A stretch of 64,000 nt of DNA from an uncultured Francisellaceae bacterium. Its GTDB lineage: Bacteria > Pseudomonadota > Gammaproteobacteria > UBA6186 > Azoamicaceae. Each line of letters opens with the position of its first letter. Position 1 is the first letter of the stretch. The notes beneath the pieces are model-generated. The model saw only the letters and a list, made by a program, of their open reading frames with translations, did no database searches and was not told where the DNA came from. The position numbers and the translations under genes were made by a program. Positions 9,770 through 18,950 of the stretch are shown here, in pieces. Where the stretch lies: contig CAMFJH010000002.1 of the NCBI GenBank assembly GCA_945956915.1, positions 33,842-97,841 of the forward strand. Reading direction: 5' to 3'.

Positions 9770-10229
9770 TAATACAGATTTAAACAGTCAATCAGTACCA
9801 TTTACGCCTTTTACAGGGGGACGTAAAAAAGCACGCCGTTATGCTATGCAAGCTTTGTACAGTTGGTATATTTCAGAGAACAGTTTAAAGGACATCGAAA
9901 CGCATATTTTCTTGGAACATGGTACTGAACATTTTGATAGAGAGTACTTTAAACAGTTATTACATGAAATTCCTGCACGTCTATCCAATATTTCGGATAC
10001 TTTAAGCCCCCATTTAGCCAGACCATTGGAAGAATTGGATCCTATCGAATTGGCTGTTTTAAGAGTTGCTGTTTTTGAATTAATTTACAGACCTGATATT
10101 CCGTACAAAGTAGTCATTAACGAAGCCTTAGAATTGGTTAAAACCTTTGGTGCTACTGAAAGTCACAAATTTGTTAATGGCGTTTTAGATAAAGTGGCAA
10201 AAGCATGTAGGCCTATTGAAATGCGTTAA
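9756..10229 (+). CDS. nusB: Transcription antitermination factor NusB
   Basis: [11 protein letters not shown]...[27 protein letters not shown] is a typical NusB signature. Confidence 0.9.
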   Translation: MKQNDNTDLNSQSVPFTPFTGGRKKARRYAMQALYSWYISENSLKDIETHIFLEHGTEHFDREYFKQLLHEIPARLSNISDTLSPHLARPLEELDPIELAVLRVAVFELIYRPDIPYKVVINEALELVKTFGATESHKFVNGVLDKVAKACRPIEMR

Positions 10230-10233
10230 TATT

Positions 10234-10728
10234 ATGCAGTTTGATCCTTTTGAACGAGAATATATTCTGGGTGCATTATTATCTTATGCAGAGATGGGGA
10301 ATCCTATTAGTGCAGATATTCATGAGATTTTAACCCAAAAATTAGAAATGCATCCCTTGCAAGCTGTTTATCCCAATCGTCCGCCTATTACCATGTGGAT
10401 CCACACCTCGATATTTTTAGAGGGTATTGGCATGGTATTTAACACACCAGAAACAGTTGCGATTGCATTAAATCCAGCATTTGAAGGTGAGTATTACTGT
10501 ACCTTGAACCCGCTTGATAAAGAACCCTTAAAAAAATGTACGGATGATTATTTGCGCACTGTAGGATCCCCTACTTTTCCTCTAGCACAGGCAATTAAAA
10601 AACGTCAGCAAGAATTAAAAGAAAGACAAGAGGCTCAAAAATCTGAATATAATATTTTTTTTAAAGTTAAAAAACTCTGTTCATTAGCTGAGAAACTAAA
10701 AAAACACAGATTATCCCAATGCGTTTAA
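10234..10728 (+). CDS. Hypothetical protein (no recognisable domain)
   Basis: ORF 10216..10728 (TTG). The first ATG is at 10234. K/E-rich C-terminal tail. Confidence 0.5.
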   Translation: MQFDPFEREYILGALLSYAEMGNPISADIHEILTQKLEMHPLQAVYPNRPPITMWIHTSIFLEGIGMVFNTPETVAIALNPAFEGEYYCTLNPLDKEPLKKCTDDYLRTVGSPTFPLAQAIKKRQQELKERQEAQKSEYNIFFKVKKLCSLAEKLKKHRLSQCV

Positions 10729-10816
10729 AATATTTATTATTTTAGAATTATATTATAAAATACACAATTTAGTAAAAAAAGGATTTCAGTTTGAGAATAA
10801 AATCCTTGCAGAGGAA

Positions 10817-13800
10817 ATGTTTGGTAAATTTGAAATAGAGATCAATAATTTTTTAAAGCTAAGAGAATATCCATCTGCTTTTCATGAAATAATTATAGTG
10901 CTATTTTCTAATTATTTATATGATCGTTTTGTTGCCACACAAATCATAAGCTTTAAAGAAAAAGCTTTTTATTGGTTTAATATACTTTGCACACAAATGG
11001 ATTTAAGGGGTTTGTTTAAACGTTCTTGGATAACAGACCTGCGATTAGCACTCTTTAATTATTACTATGCTTATATTTGTGGTAAAACACAAAAAACTTG
11101 TCCTGAACTTAATATAGCACACAAAGTACATCATTTGTTAGAAATTGAAACCATTGCTCCAGGGATTTTTATTTGGTTAGAGAATATAGAGCTTTTGCCT
11201 AAAAGTGTACCCATATTCTTTGATACTATTTCACTTAAAAAAGATCCTGCAACGCAAAATGCTATAGAATCGGAAACAGCTAGGGCATTATATATGACTA
11301 AACTTCATCAATATATCAGAGCAAAGCATCCTATGGATGCTGGCATTGAAAAAATATTGGTTGAAATTTTTAAAATGTCTAAGATGAAAATAGCCTGTGA
11401 AGATGAATCTTTAGAAATCCCTTTATGGATTAACACTGATATCATTAAAAACAACAGATTATGTATTGATTCAGAAGATAGGCTGGCTAAAATTCTAATA
11501 CCAAGCTATGAAGGCGAAACCTATTTTAGTTTAGAAGAATTGCAAGGGCAGAACGCTCTTTGTACAGCTCGAGCTGTAATGGTATCCCAATGTGAGAATT
11601 ACTTTTTAAGCCAGATTATACAAAATTCTGATGGAGAGAATCTGTTGGAAGAAAAGCTGAGTGTTGAAAATGGAATGAAACTCTCATTCAGCTTGTGTGC
11701 AATAAAAATTGATATGAGACAAATAGAGTTAAAGCGACAAGAACAATTGCTAAAAAGAAAAAAGACTTTAATATCTAATGAACAGGTGGTGATTTATTTA
11801 TTAATTTTAGGTGAGCATGTCTTAGAAAAAATAGAAATAACACAAGGTGTTATCATTTTTTTGATGGAAATTTATTATGAAATATGCACTTATTTTGAGA
11901 AGCTAACTGACCATTCTTCTTTAAAGTTTCGGTGCATGCAAGGGTTGAAAAAATTATTAACGGTATCTGATAAATTTATAACACACCAAGAACTCGTTTA
12001 CATGCTTTTGTGTAGAGTTCTACAAACAGAAAAATACATGAAGGTTCTAAATAATGAAAATCAATTTGATACGGTAGAAAAGTTTTTTGCAAAAGCCATG
12101 ATGCATTATTCCAAGCATAACAATATATTGCCATTTCCTTGGGCTAATATCATTCGTAAATCCGTCTTAGAATCTATGTTAATCAATGATTTCCATGCTG
12201 TGAAATGCACTATGCGAGATATGGCATCGCATTTTCAAGGTTTAGGTAATCAAGCCTGTGAGGAATGGATAAGTAGAAAAGAACATGCTATTTTGCCTAT
12301 CGAACAGCGTTTGAAAGTGGAATTGGCAATACGATATTATACCATTATAGTGTGGATGGCAAATGCACACTTGTTTGTAGAAACACCCAAAAGAGCGGAC
12401 ATTAAGGAATATGCAAAAATTAAAAGAGATCGCTTACAAGAGGACTTAACTAAATCCCACAATGAAGAGAGGCTGCTCCTGCTTACTCCAGGTCTTGCTT
12501 ATATCCAAGCGGGGAATACACCTACAGTTTTGATGACAGCCTTTCTAAATGAACATCCAGACTTTTTAAATCAGGCAGCCTTGCTTTTAAAGAAAAGATA
12601 CAAAAACTCCATTAAAGCAAGTTTAACGGATGTAGAAATTAGATTTTTAGTTGAAATGTATCAGGAGATAAAAGATAAACCGTATGAGCCGCTTTTTAAA
12701 TCAATTTTTCAATTAGATGTTTTGTGGCAAGTTTATAATTGGTTTAGTAAAGCCAAAGCACCGATTTTAATAAATCAAAATCGTATATTTGACTTGTCCA
12801 TGGAAGTGGAAAGTTTTATTGCACAGCAAGAAAAAACCATTTTTTATGAAATAGCCAATATTTTATTATTTAATATACGTCGATATGCTGTAAAACATAA
12901 TTTTTTAACGATATATACACCTCAAAGTACAGGATTTTGTTTTACAACGGCAATCAGTTCTTTGACTACAGTCTTTTTTAAATCATCATGGGCTAACACG
13001 CTTAGAAAAGAGTCATTGTTGGTTTATATGTCAGAATTTTCAAATTTTTCAGTGCCTAAAACCTGCAATACTTTAAAGAAAATAGTTGGTTACTTGACCG
13101 CCACAGAAGTTGTGCAGGAGCATAAAGATATTCTTCAATGGATGCTTAAAACGAATATGGTGACAGAAAAACAAATTGAAGAGAATCGACAAAAACCTAA
13201 AAGCCGAGAGGTGCATTGTATAGAAGAGGCGGTTTTAAGCTTAAATGATATCGTAAAAGATGTGAAACATTCTCCATTGAAGGCAATGGCGCAGGAAATG
13301 CAGAAAGTCATTTTATTGGCTCCTAAAAATAAAACAAAAACTAATATTAAAAAGCAAAATGAAAAAATTAAAAAACCTCCTCAAGCAATTACAATGTCAG
13401 AAACCAGCCTAGAAGAACGAGCTAAATTACATGAGCAAGAGCGTAAAAATAAAATTGAAGAAGAACAAGAAATGGCAGCTCGTAGACAAGCCATTGTATT
13501 GCAAAATGAACGAAACCGAATAGAACAAGAAGCTTTAGATCGCCAAAAAGAATCTGAAGCCTGGCGTGTTAAGCGTGAAGAGCAAGCAAGATTAAGGGCT
13601 GAAAAAGAATCTTTAGCTAGCAGTAAATCTACACAAAATACAAAAATAATAAGAGATAAATTGCGTTTGAAAAGTGAAAAAAAAGAAGAGGAAAATAACA
13701 GGTTAGCAGCAGAAAAAGAAGCCGAATTAAAAGCAAAGCATGAGAGAAAATTAGAAGAGCAAAAAATAGAACGTGAGAAAGAGAGTCTAAGAACACTGCA

Positions 13801-15064
13801 GCAATATAATTTGATGATGCAACAAGCAAAAGAGAGTTCAATTGCTGAGCGATCACTGCGAGCTTTGCGTAATTTTGAGATAGAAGAGTTTACAGCGCAG
13901 GAATTGCCCACAAAAAATAAAAAATTATTAACAGATCTGATAAAAGTTGCCAATGCTCATCATATCCCAGAAATTCAGATATACGGAAGTTATACGGTTT
14001 TTTTAGCCAGTCTTCGCTTAAATTTTCCTATTAAAGATATCAGACGACCAGGCGATTTAGATTTGCGCATTGTGATAGATACACAAGATTTTAAAGAAAG
14101 TTTAAGTTTTATCTCTGATTTACAGAATGCAGGGTATATTTTAAAAGGCTATAATGAAAGTGCAGATCTAACAAAAGGCTTGGCGGATTATGTTTTAGAA
14201 AAAAAAACGAGTGGGTTTCTTAATTTGAGTTTGGCAGCCGATAAAGAGGATGCAGAAACTTATGAAATAGAATTGGCTATTTTGTTTAAGGATCATTATA
14301 TACCCAATCATAATCCTTTTTACTTATTAAGTCATTATATAAAAATTTCAAATAATGAATGTGCTTTTGATGGATCGGATTTAAAAGCAAGAGCCGAATT
14401 GGCTCAAGATGTTATGAATAAAAACTTTAGGATTATTCCTGCTGAACTTTTTAATCCTCATCAATATAATGTGTTTAACTTCTTTCCAAGGCTTTTTAGA
14501 AATATAAAAACATGTAAAGGCTATAAAATAAAAACCAAAGTCATACAGGGATTATTTACAAACTTAGAAACCATCTATAGATTTTTTAGCATACGATTTT
14601 CACTTAAGAAATACAGAGAATGTTATTTGGAGTTAGTAGGTTTAATTAATCAAAATCAATTTAAATTGGCTCTAAGCGCACCTATTATAAAAGGATTTTT
14701 GATGGCTTTGCTTGAAGTGATTAATACAGAAGCATTAGTAAATTTAAACAGAAAAGATTTTTTTTCAAAAGACATAGACTTTGATTCGAATAAAATAACA
14801 CAAAAGCTACAGGAAAAATTCGCGACTCTTATTTGTGTTGTACACGGAGATCAAGATGTTAATAAAACTGCTTTTAAAAAATTTTACAATGGTTTAATGG
14901 ATACATTAGTTGAACATGGTGACAACGAAAAAATAAAGGTATTTTTAAGAAAGAGCCAAGAAAGGAAAGGCAGTGTGCTATACAATAGTTTTAAAAAGCC
15001 TGAAAATATAAAACATCTGCCTGAAGAGCTAAGGCCAACAACTAAAAAATTATCATATAGATAA
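10817..15064 (+). CDS. Giant 1415-aa effector-like protein: helical N-terminal region, K/E/R-rich coiled coil, C-terminal nucleotidyltransferase-like motif
   Basis: Uninterrupted 4.2 kb ORF. Charged low-complexity block at ~13380-13860. G1057-S...D1080-L-D1082 at 13985-14062. Confidence 0.75.
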   Translation: MFGKFEIEINNFLKLREYPSAFHEIIIVLFSNYLYDRFVATQIISFKEKAFYWFNILCTQMDLRGLFKRSWITDLRLALFNYYYAYICGKTQKTCPELNIAHKVHHLLEIETIAPGIFIWLENIELLPKSVPIFFDTISLKKDPATQNAIESETARALYMTKLHQYIRAKHPMDAGIEKILVEIFKMSKMKIACEDESLEIPLWINTDIIKNNRLCIDSEDRLAKILIPSYEGETYFSLEELQGQNALCTARAVMVSQCENYFLSQIIQNSDGENLLEEKLSVENGMKLSFSLCAIKIDMRQIELKRQEQLLKRKKTLISNEQVVIYLLILGEHVLEKIEITQGVIIFLMEIYYEICTYFEKLTDHSSLKFRCMQGLKKLLTVSDKFITHQELVYMLLCRVLQTEKYMKVLNNENQFDTVEKFFAKAMMHYSKHNNILPFPWANIIRKSVLESMLINDFHAVKCTMRDMASHFQGLGNQACEEWISRKEHAILPIEQRLKVELAIRYYTIIVWMANAHLFVETPKRADIKEYAKIKRDRLQEDLTKSHNEERLLLLTPGLAYIQAGNTPTVLMTAFLNEHPDFLNQAALLLKKRYKNSIKASLTDVEIRFLVEMYQEIKDKPYEPLFKSIFQLDVLWQVYNWFSKAKAPILINQNRIFDLSMEVESFIAQQEKTIFYEIANILLFNIRRYAVKHNFLTIYTPQSTGFCFTTAISSLTTVFFKSSWANTLRKESLLVYMSEFSNFSVPKTCNTLKKIVGYLTATEVVQEHKDILQWMLKTNMVTEKQIEENRQKPKSREVHCIEEAVLSLNDIVKDVKHSPLKAMAQEMQKVILLAPKNKTKTNIKKQNEKIKKPPQAITMSETSLEERAKLHEQERKNKIEEEQEMAARRQAIVLQNERNRIEQEALDRQKESEAWRVKREEQARLRAEKESLASSKSTQNTKIIRDKLRLKSEKKEEENNRLAAEKEAELKAKHERKLEEQKIEREKESLRTLQQYNLMMQQAKESSIAERSLRALRNFEIEEFTAQELPTKNKKLLTDLIKVANAHHIPEIQIYGSYTVFLASLRLNFPIKDIRRPGDLDLRIVIDTQDFKESLSFISDLQNAGYILKGYNESADLTKGLADYVLEKKTSGFLNLSLAADKEDAETYEIELAILFKDHYIPNHNPFYLLSHYIKISNNECAFDGSDLKARAELAQDVMNKNFRIIPAELFNPHQYNVFNFFPRLFRNIKTCKGYKIKTKVIQGLFTNLETIYRFFSIRFSLKKYRECYLELVGLINQNQFKLALSAPIIKGFLMALLEVINTEALVNLNRKDFFSKDIDFDSNKITQKLQEKFATLICVVHGDQDVNKTAFKKFYNGLMDTLVEHGDNEKIKVFLRKSQERKGSVLYNSFKKPENIKHLPEELRPTTKKLSYR

Positions 15065-15300
15065 AAATGCAAGGGGAGTTCTAGATGAATGCAAATTATC
15101 GTAGTTTTTCGGCGTATATATTATTAAGGTGAGAAGAATATAATAGAAGAGTATTTGAAAAATTTTATACGAGTTTGACGCTCAAGCAGATCTTAACAAT
15201 CGCCCCAAGACACTGAACTTACTTGAGGTTTAAGTGTAAGTACACACCAATAAGGACATAGGTCAAGCATGGGTGTAATAGAATCAAGGTCGATAATACT

Positions 15301-15329
15301 TTGACATTTTGCATTTTATATGCAATAAT
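15301..15329 (+). promoter_or_regulatory. Candidate sigma70 promoter for the ATPase/RloB cassette
   Basis: TTGACA (15301-15306), a 17-nt spacer, then AATAAT (15324-15329), 29 nt upstream of the ATG at 15358. Confidence 0.4.
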
Positions 15330-15357
15330 TAACATTATTTTCTATAGGTGATCTAAA

Positions 15358-16623
15358 ATGCTTGTTGAGTTTAGAGTAAAGAACTTTCGTTCCATTCGTG
15401 CTGAACAGCGATTTAGCCTTGTAGCAGACAAAGATTCAACTTACTCAGAATCACATATTTCTGAAAGTGAGAATAAAGCTACACCCTCTTTACTCAAATC
15501 AGCAGTGATTTATGGACCTAATGCCAGTGGTAAGTCTAATCTCATCAATGCCTTGGGTTTTATGCGTGAAGTTGTTGCTACCTCAGCCACTCAATTGCGT
15601 GAGGGGCAACAATTTCCTTGTCCTCCTTTTAGGCTTGATGCAAGCTCTAAAGAACAACCTAGTGAATTTGAATTAACTTTTATTGATCAAGGTATACGTT
15701 ACCAATATGGATTCTCTTTAATGCCTGAACGAATTATGGAAGAATGGCTGTTGGTCTATAAAACCTCTAAACCACAAATGTGGTTTCATCGTCGTTTTGA
15801 TCGAAAAAACGAAAAGGATGAATATAGTTTTGGTTCACACTTAACAGGACATAAGGCTTTATGGCAGGAATCTACTCGAGCAAATGCTTTGTTTCTTTCT
15901 AAAGCAGTGGATCTTAATAGTGAACGTTTAAGACCGATTTTTTTATGGATTGTTGAAAAATTGGTCATTTTTAGTGCTGGAAAAAAACCAACCTATCGCT
16001 CAACGATTGCATATGCTCAGACTCAAGAAGGGAAGGCAGCTCTTTTAAGATTTCTTAATGCGGCTGATCTTAGTATAGCTAATCTTTTATTTGAAAATAG
16101 AAAAATTATGCCCGGTCTAACCTTTTTTCGGTCTAATCCTTCAGGAAAGCCCTCTATACTGCATCATGCATTTGAATCTGAAGAAACAATACCTTTGTTT
16201 TTACATGAAGCAGAAGATGGAGCAGCTACTTTCGAAATACAAGATGAATCCACTGGAACACAGCGAATTTTTGCATTTGTGGGACCAGTGCTTTCTGTTC
16301 TTAAAGATGGATTAGTACTTATCGTGGACGAGTTAGATATCAGTTTACATACGCTGATGGTAGAATTTTTAATTACTCAGTTCCATTCAACCCAAAATAA
16401 TCCTAAAGGTGCGCAATTGGTTTTCACAACACATGATACTTCGTTATTAGATAATGAAATTTTTCGTCGAGATCAAATTTGGTTTGTCGAAAAAGATGCA
16501 GCTCACGCCACTACTCTTTATCCTTTAACAGATTTCAGCCCTCGCAAAAAAGAAGCTCTTGGGCGTGGTTACTTAAGGGGTCGTTATGGAGCTTTACCTT
16601 TGTTTACTGATTTTAAGTTGTAA
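15358..16623 (+). CDS. ABC/SMC-type AAA ATPase (AAA_15/AAA_21-like), ATPase partner of the RloB-like protein
   Basis: N-terminal FRVKNFRSI. Walker A GPNASGKSN (15514-15540). Walker B LVLIVDELD. D-loop/H-loop region VFTTHD. Confidence 0.8.
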   Translation: MLVEFRVKNFRSIRAEQRFSLVADKDSTYSESHISESENKATPSLLKSAVIYGPNASGKSNLINALGFMREVVATSATQLREGQQFPCPPFRLDASSKEQPSEFELTFIDQGIRYQYGFSLMPERIMEEWLLVYKTSKPQMWFHRRFDRKNEKDEYSFGSHLTGHKALWQESTRANALFLSKAVDLNSERLRPIFLWIVEKLVIFSAGKKPTYRSTIAYAQTQEGKAALLRFLNAADLSIANLLFENRKIMPGLTFFRSNPSGKPSILHHAFESEETIPLFLHEAEDGAATFEIQDESTGTQRIFAFVGPVLSVLKDGLVLIVDELDISLHTLMVEFLITQFHSTQNNPKGAQLVFTTHDTSLLDNEIFRRDQIWFVEKDAAHATTLYPLTDFSPRKKEALGRGYLRGRYGALPLFTDFKL

Positions 16624-16632
16624 TTAAGTAAT

Positions 16633-17283
16633 ATGGGTAGAGATAGCCAACCTCGCATACGTCAAAAAGAAAAATTGGAACGTAAAGCGGCCACACGTCC
16701 TACTTACAATCGGATACTAATCGTTTGTGAGGGTACAAAAACTGAACCAGGATATTTTTCTGAAATTAGAAAATATTACAGGCTAAGTGGCACTCATATT
16801 AGGATTATGCCTGCCGATGGTACGACACCCATGCAGGTTGTACATTATGCAGAAAAGGAATTAAAAAAAACTTACAAATGGGAACAAGTATTCTGCGTAT
16901 TTGATCGTGATGATCATCATAATTTCAATAATGCATTATACAAGGCGGAAGCGCTTAACAAGAAATTTAAAAATGAAGAAGATGATGAGATTGAATTTAA
17001 AGCTATTGTTTCAAATCCTTGTTTTGAGTTGTGGTTATTGTTACATTTCATCCCTGTCACTAAAGAAACTCATCGCAATCAAGTGTCACATTTGTTACGT
17101 CATACTACCCGCTTACCAAAATATGAAAAAGCTAAGGATGGATTTTTTGCGAAGACACGTGAAAAACTGCATATTGCATTTGATAATGCAAAGCGATTAA
17201 GTAAGGATCCTAATCAGAACCCCCATACTTCTATAGGCCAAATAGTAGAATCATTAATTAATTTGAGAGAACATAAGGATTGA
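16633..17283 (+). CDS. RloB-like (Toprim-type) protein
   Basis: ILIVCEGTKTEPGYF, VFCVFDRDDH and SNPCFELWLLLHF match my memory of the RloB family (E...DxD Toprim core). Starts 9 nt after the ATPase stop. Confidence 0.7.
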   Translation: MGRDSQPRIRQKEKLERKAATRPTYNRILIVCEGTKTEPGYFSEIRKYYRLSGTHIRIMPADGTTPMQVVHYAEKELKKTYKWEQVFCVFDRDDHHNFNNALYKAEALNKKFKNEEDDEIEFKAIVSNPCFELWLLLHFIPVTKETHRNQVSHLLRHTTRLPKYEKAKDGFFAKTREKLHIAFDNAKRLSKDPNQNPHTSIGQIVESLINLREHKD

Positions 17284-17423
17284 TTATTTACACCTGGTCA
17301 TTCATGAAACTAATTTTTTAATGATTTAAAATAAATCTAATCTATAAAAATATCATCTTTCTCAACATTTACGGAACCTAATGAGCCAAGTATACTAATG
17401 CTTTAATTAAAGCCGAGGTTGAT

Positions 17424-18533
17424 ATGGGCAAAAGGACGGTATTGTATCAAGAGCATTTAAAGGCACATGCCTTAATGGTTGAATTTGGGGGATGGGATAT
17501 GCCCTTGCATTACGGTTCACAAATTGCTGAGCATAATCAAGTTAGGCAATCTGCTGGTATGTTCGATGTCTCTCATATGGGTGTTATCGATATCCTAGGT
17601 CCACAAACTCAAGAGTTCTTGCGTTATTTATTGGCCAATAATATTGATAAATTAACAGAACCTGGAAAAGCGATTTACAGCTGCATGTTAAACGACACTG
17701 GTGGCGTGATAGATGATTTAATTGCCTATTTTATATCCCCTGAACATTACCGTTTAGTCGTGAATGCGGCTACGTATGTAAAAGATGTGGACTGGATCCG
17801 CACCCAAACAAAAGCATTCGAGGTTTCGCTTCATGAGATGCAAAACTATGCCATGATTGCAGTACAGGGACCAGAAGCTATCTCGAAAATGGATATGGCC
17901 TTTCCAACATTCAAAAATGCGATTCAAGTATTAAAAGCTTTTCACTTTGTAGAACAAGCCGGATGGTTTATTGCACGCACAGGATATACCGGTGAAGAAG
18001 GTGTTGAGATGATTTTGCCTGCAAAAGATGCCGTTGCTGCTTGGCAGGCATTGGTCGCAGCAGATGTTATGCCCTGTGGATTAGGAGCTCGGGATACACT
18101 GCGTTTAGAAGCAGGATTTAATTTATATGGCCAAGATATGGATGAATCAGTTACACCGCTTGAATCGAATCTAAGCTGGACCCTGGCTTTTAATTCAACA
18201 CAGAGAAATTTTATTGGACGTAGCGCTTTAGAAGCACAAAAAAAACAAGGTATGCCTTCACAATTGATAGGTATCGTTTTAAAGCAAAAAGGTGTGTTAA
18301 GGCATGATCAAAAAATATTTGCCTATACCACGGATATCAATCATAGGAAAGAAGTTGGTTTTGTGACTAGCGGAAGCTTTTCACCTACATTAAAATACGC
18401 TATTGGTTTTGCACGTATTAAAACACCGGCTGTTGAATCAGAAGAACAAATGCGTTATTGTGTGGAAATTCGAGACAAAGCTTTAGAGGTCCATCTGGTG
18501 CAACCCCCATTTTTTAGGAGACAGAACTCATGA
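17424..18533 (+). CDS. gcvT: Glycine cleavage system aminomethyltransferase T
   Basis: EFGGWDMPLHYGSQIAEH...MFDVSHMG...RTGYTGEEGVE. Confidence 0.95.
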   Translation: MGKRTVLYQEHLKAHALMVEFGGWDMPLHYGSQIAEHNQVRQSAGMFDVSHMGVIDILGPQTQEFLRYLLANNIDKLTEPGKAIYSCMLNDTGGVIDDLIAYFISPEHYRLVVNAATYVKDVDWIRTQTKAFEVSLHEMQNYAMIAVQGPEAISKMDMAFPTFKNAIQVLKAFHFVEQAGWFIARTGYTGEEGVEMILPAKDAVAAWQALVAADVMPCGLGARDTLRLEAGFNLYGQDMDESVTPLESNLSWTLAFNSTQRNFIGRSALEAQKKQGMPSQLIGIVLKQKGVLRHDQKIFAYTTDINHRKEVGFVTSGSFSPTLKYAIGFARIKTPAVESEEQMRYCVEIRDKALEVHLVQPPFFRRQNS

Positions 18534-18925
18534 ATAGAATTCCCAACGAATTGCGATACACCCGTACTCATGAATGGGTGCGCGTAGAAGACGATGGCTC
18601 AATCGTAGTGGGAATAACCGATCATGCTCAGGAGACCTTGGGTGAGCTGGTATTTGTTGATTTGCCAGATATTGATTATGTAGGACACGCCAGTGATGAT
18701 GTGTGTGTGGTAGAATCGGTTAAAGCAGCTTCTGATATTTACATGCCTGTTTCTGGAAAAATCATTGCAGTCAATCACGATTTAGAAGAAGCACCGAGCC
18801 TTGTCAATTCAGATCCCTATGGTGATGGTTGGTTATTTAAGTTGCAACCCATAGACACAGATGAGTTTAGTGAATTGTTAGATGCGGATGCTTATAGCGA
18901 AACCACAGAGGAAGATGAAGATTGA
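18530..18925 (+). CDS. gcvH: Glycine cleavage system H protein
   Basis: YTRTHEWV...lipoyl-lysine context VVESVKAASDIYMPVSG. Confidence 0.95.
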   Translation: MNRIPNELRYTRTHEWVRVEDDGSIVVGITDHAQETLGELVFVDLPDIDYVGHASDDVCVVESVKAASDIYMPVSGKIIAVNHDLEEAPSLVNSDPYGDGWLFKLQPIDTDEFSELLDADAYSETTEEDED

Positions 18926-18950
18926 TGCTGATCACTTAAGGAAATAAATT

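Noticed and set aside
9287-10728. nrdR directly followed by nusB, without ribD/ribE/ribH between them and without thiL after nusB
   Set aside because: Gene order here varies widely among gammaproteobacteria. The absence of rib genes from this window says nothing about their absence from the genome, so it is not treated as a finding.
13381-13953. Minus-strand ORFs of 190 aa and 75 aa inside the giant gene
   Set aside because: They lie entirely antisense to the K/E/R-rich low-complexity block. GAA/AAA-rich codons read as TTC/TTT-rich open frames on the other strand. Their products are Ser/Phe/Leu/Cys low-complexity, with no start context.
17284-17423. Possible glycine riboswitch upstream of gcvT
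   Set aside because: The 140-nt leader is almost pure A/T. It lacks the GGAGAG...CACCG-type conserved cores and any convincing paired helices.
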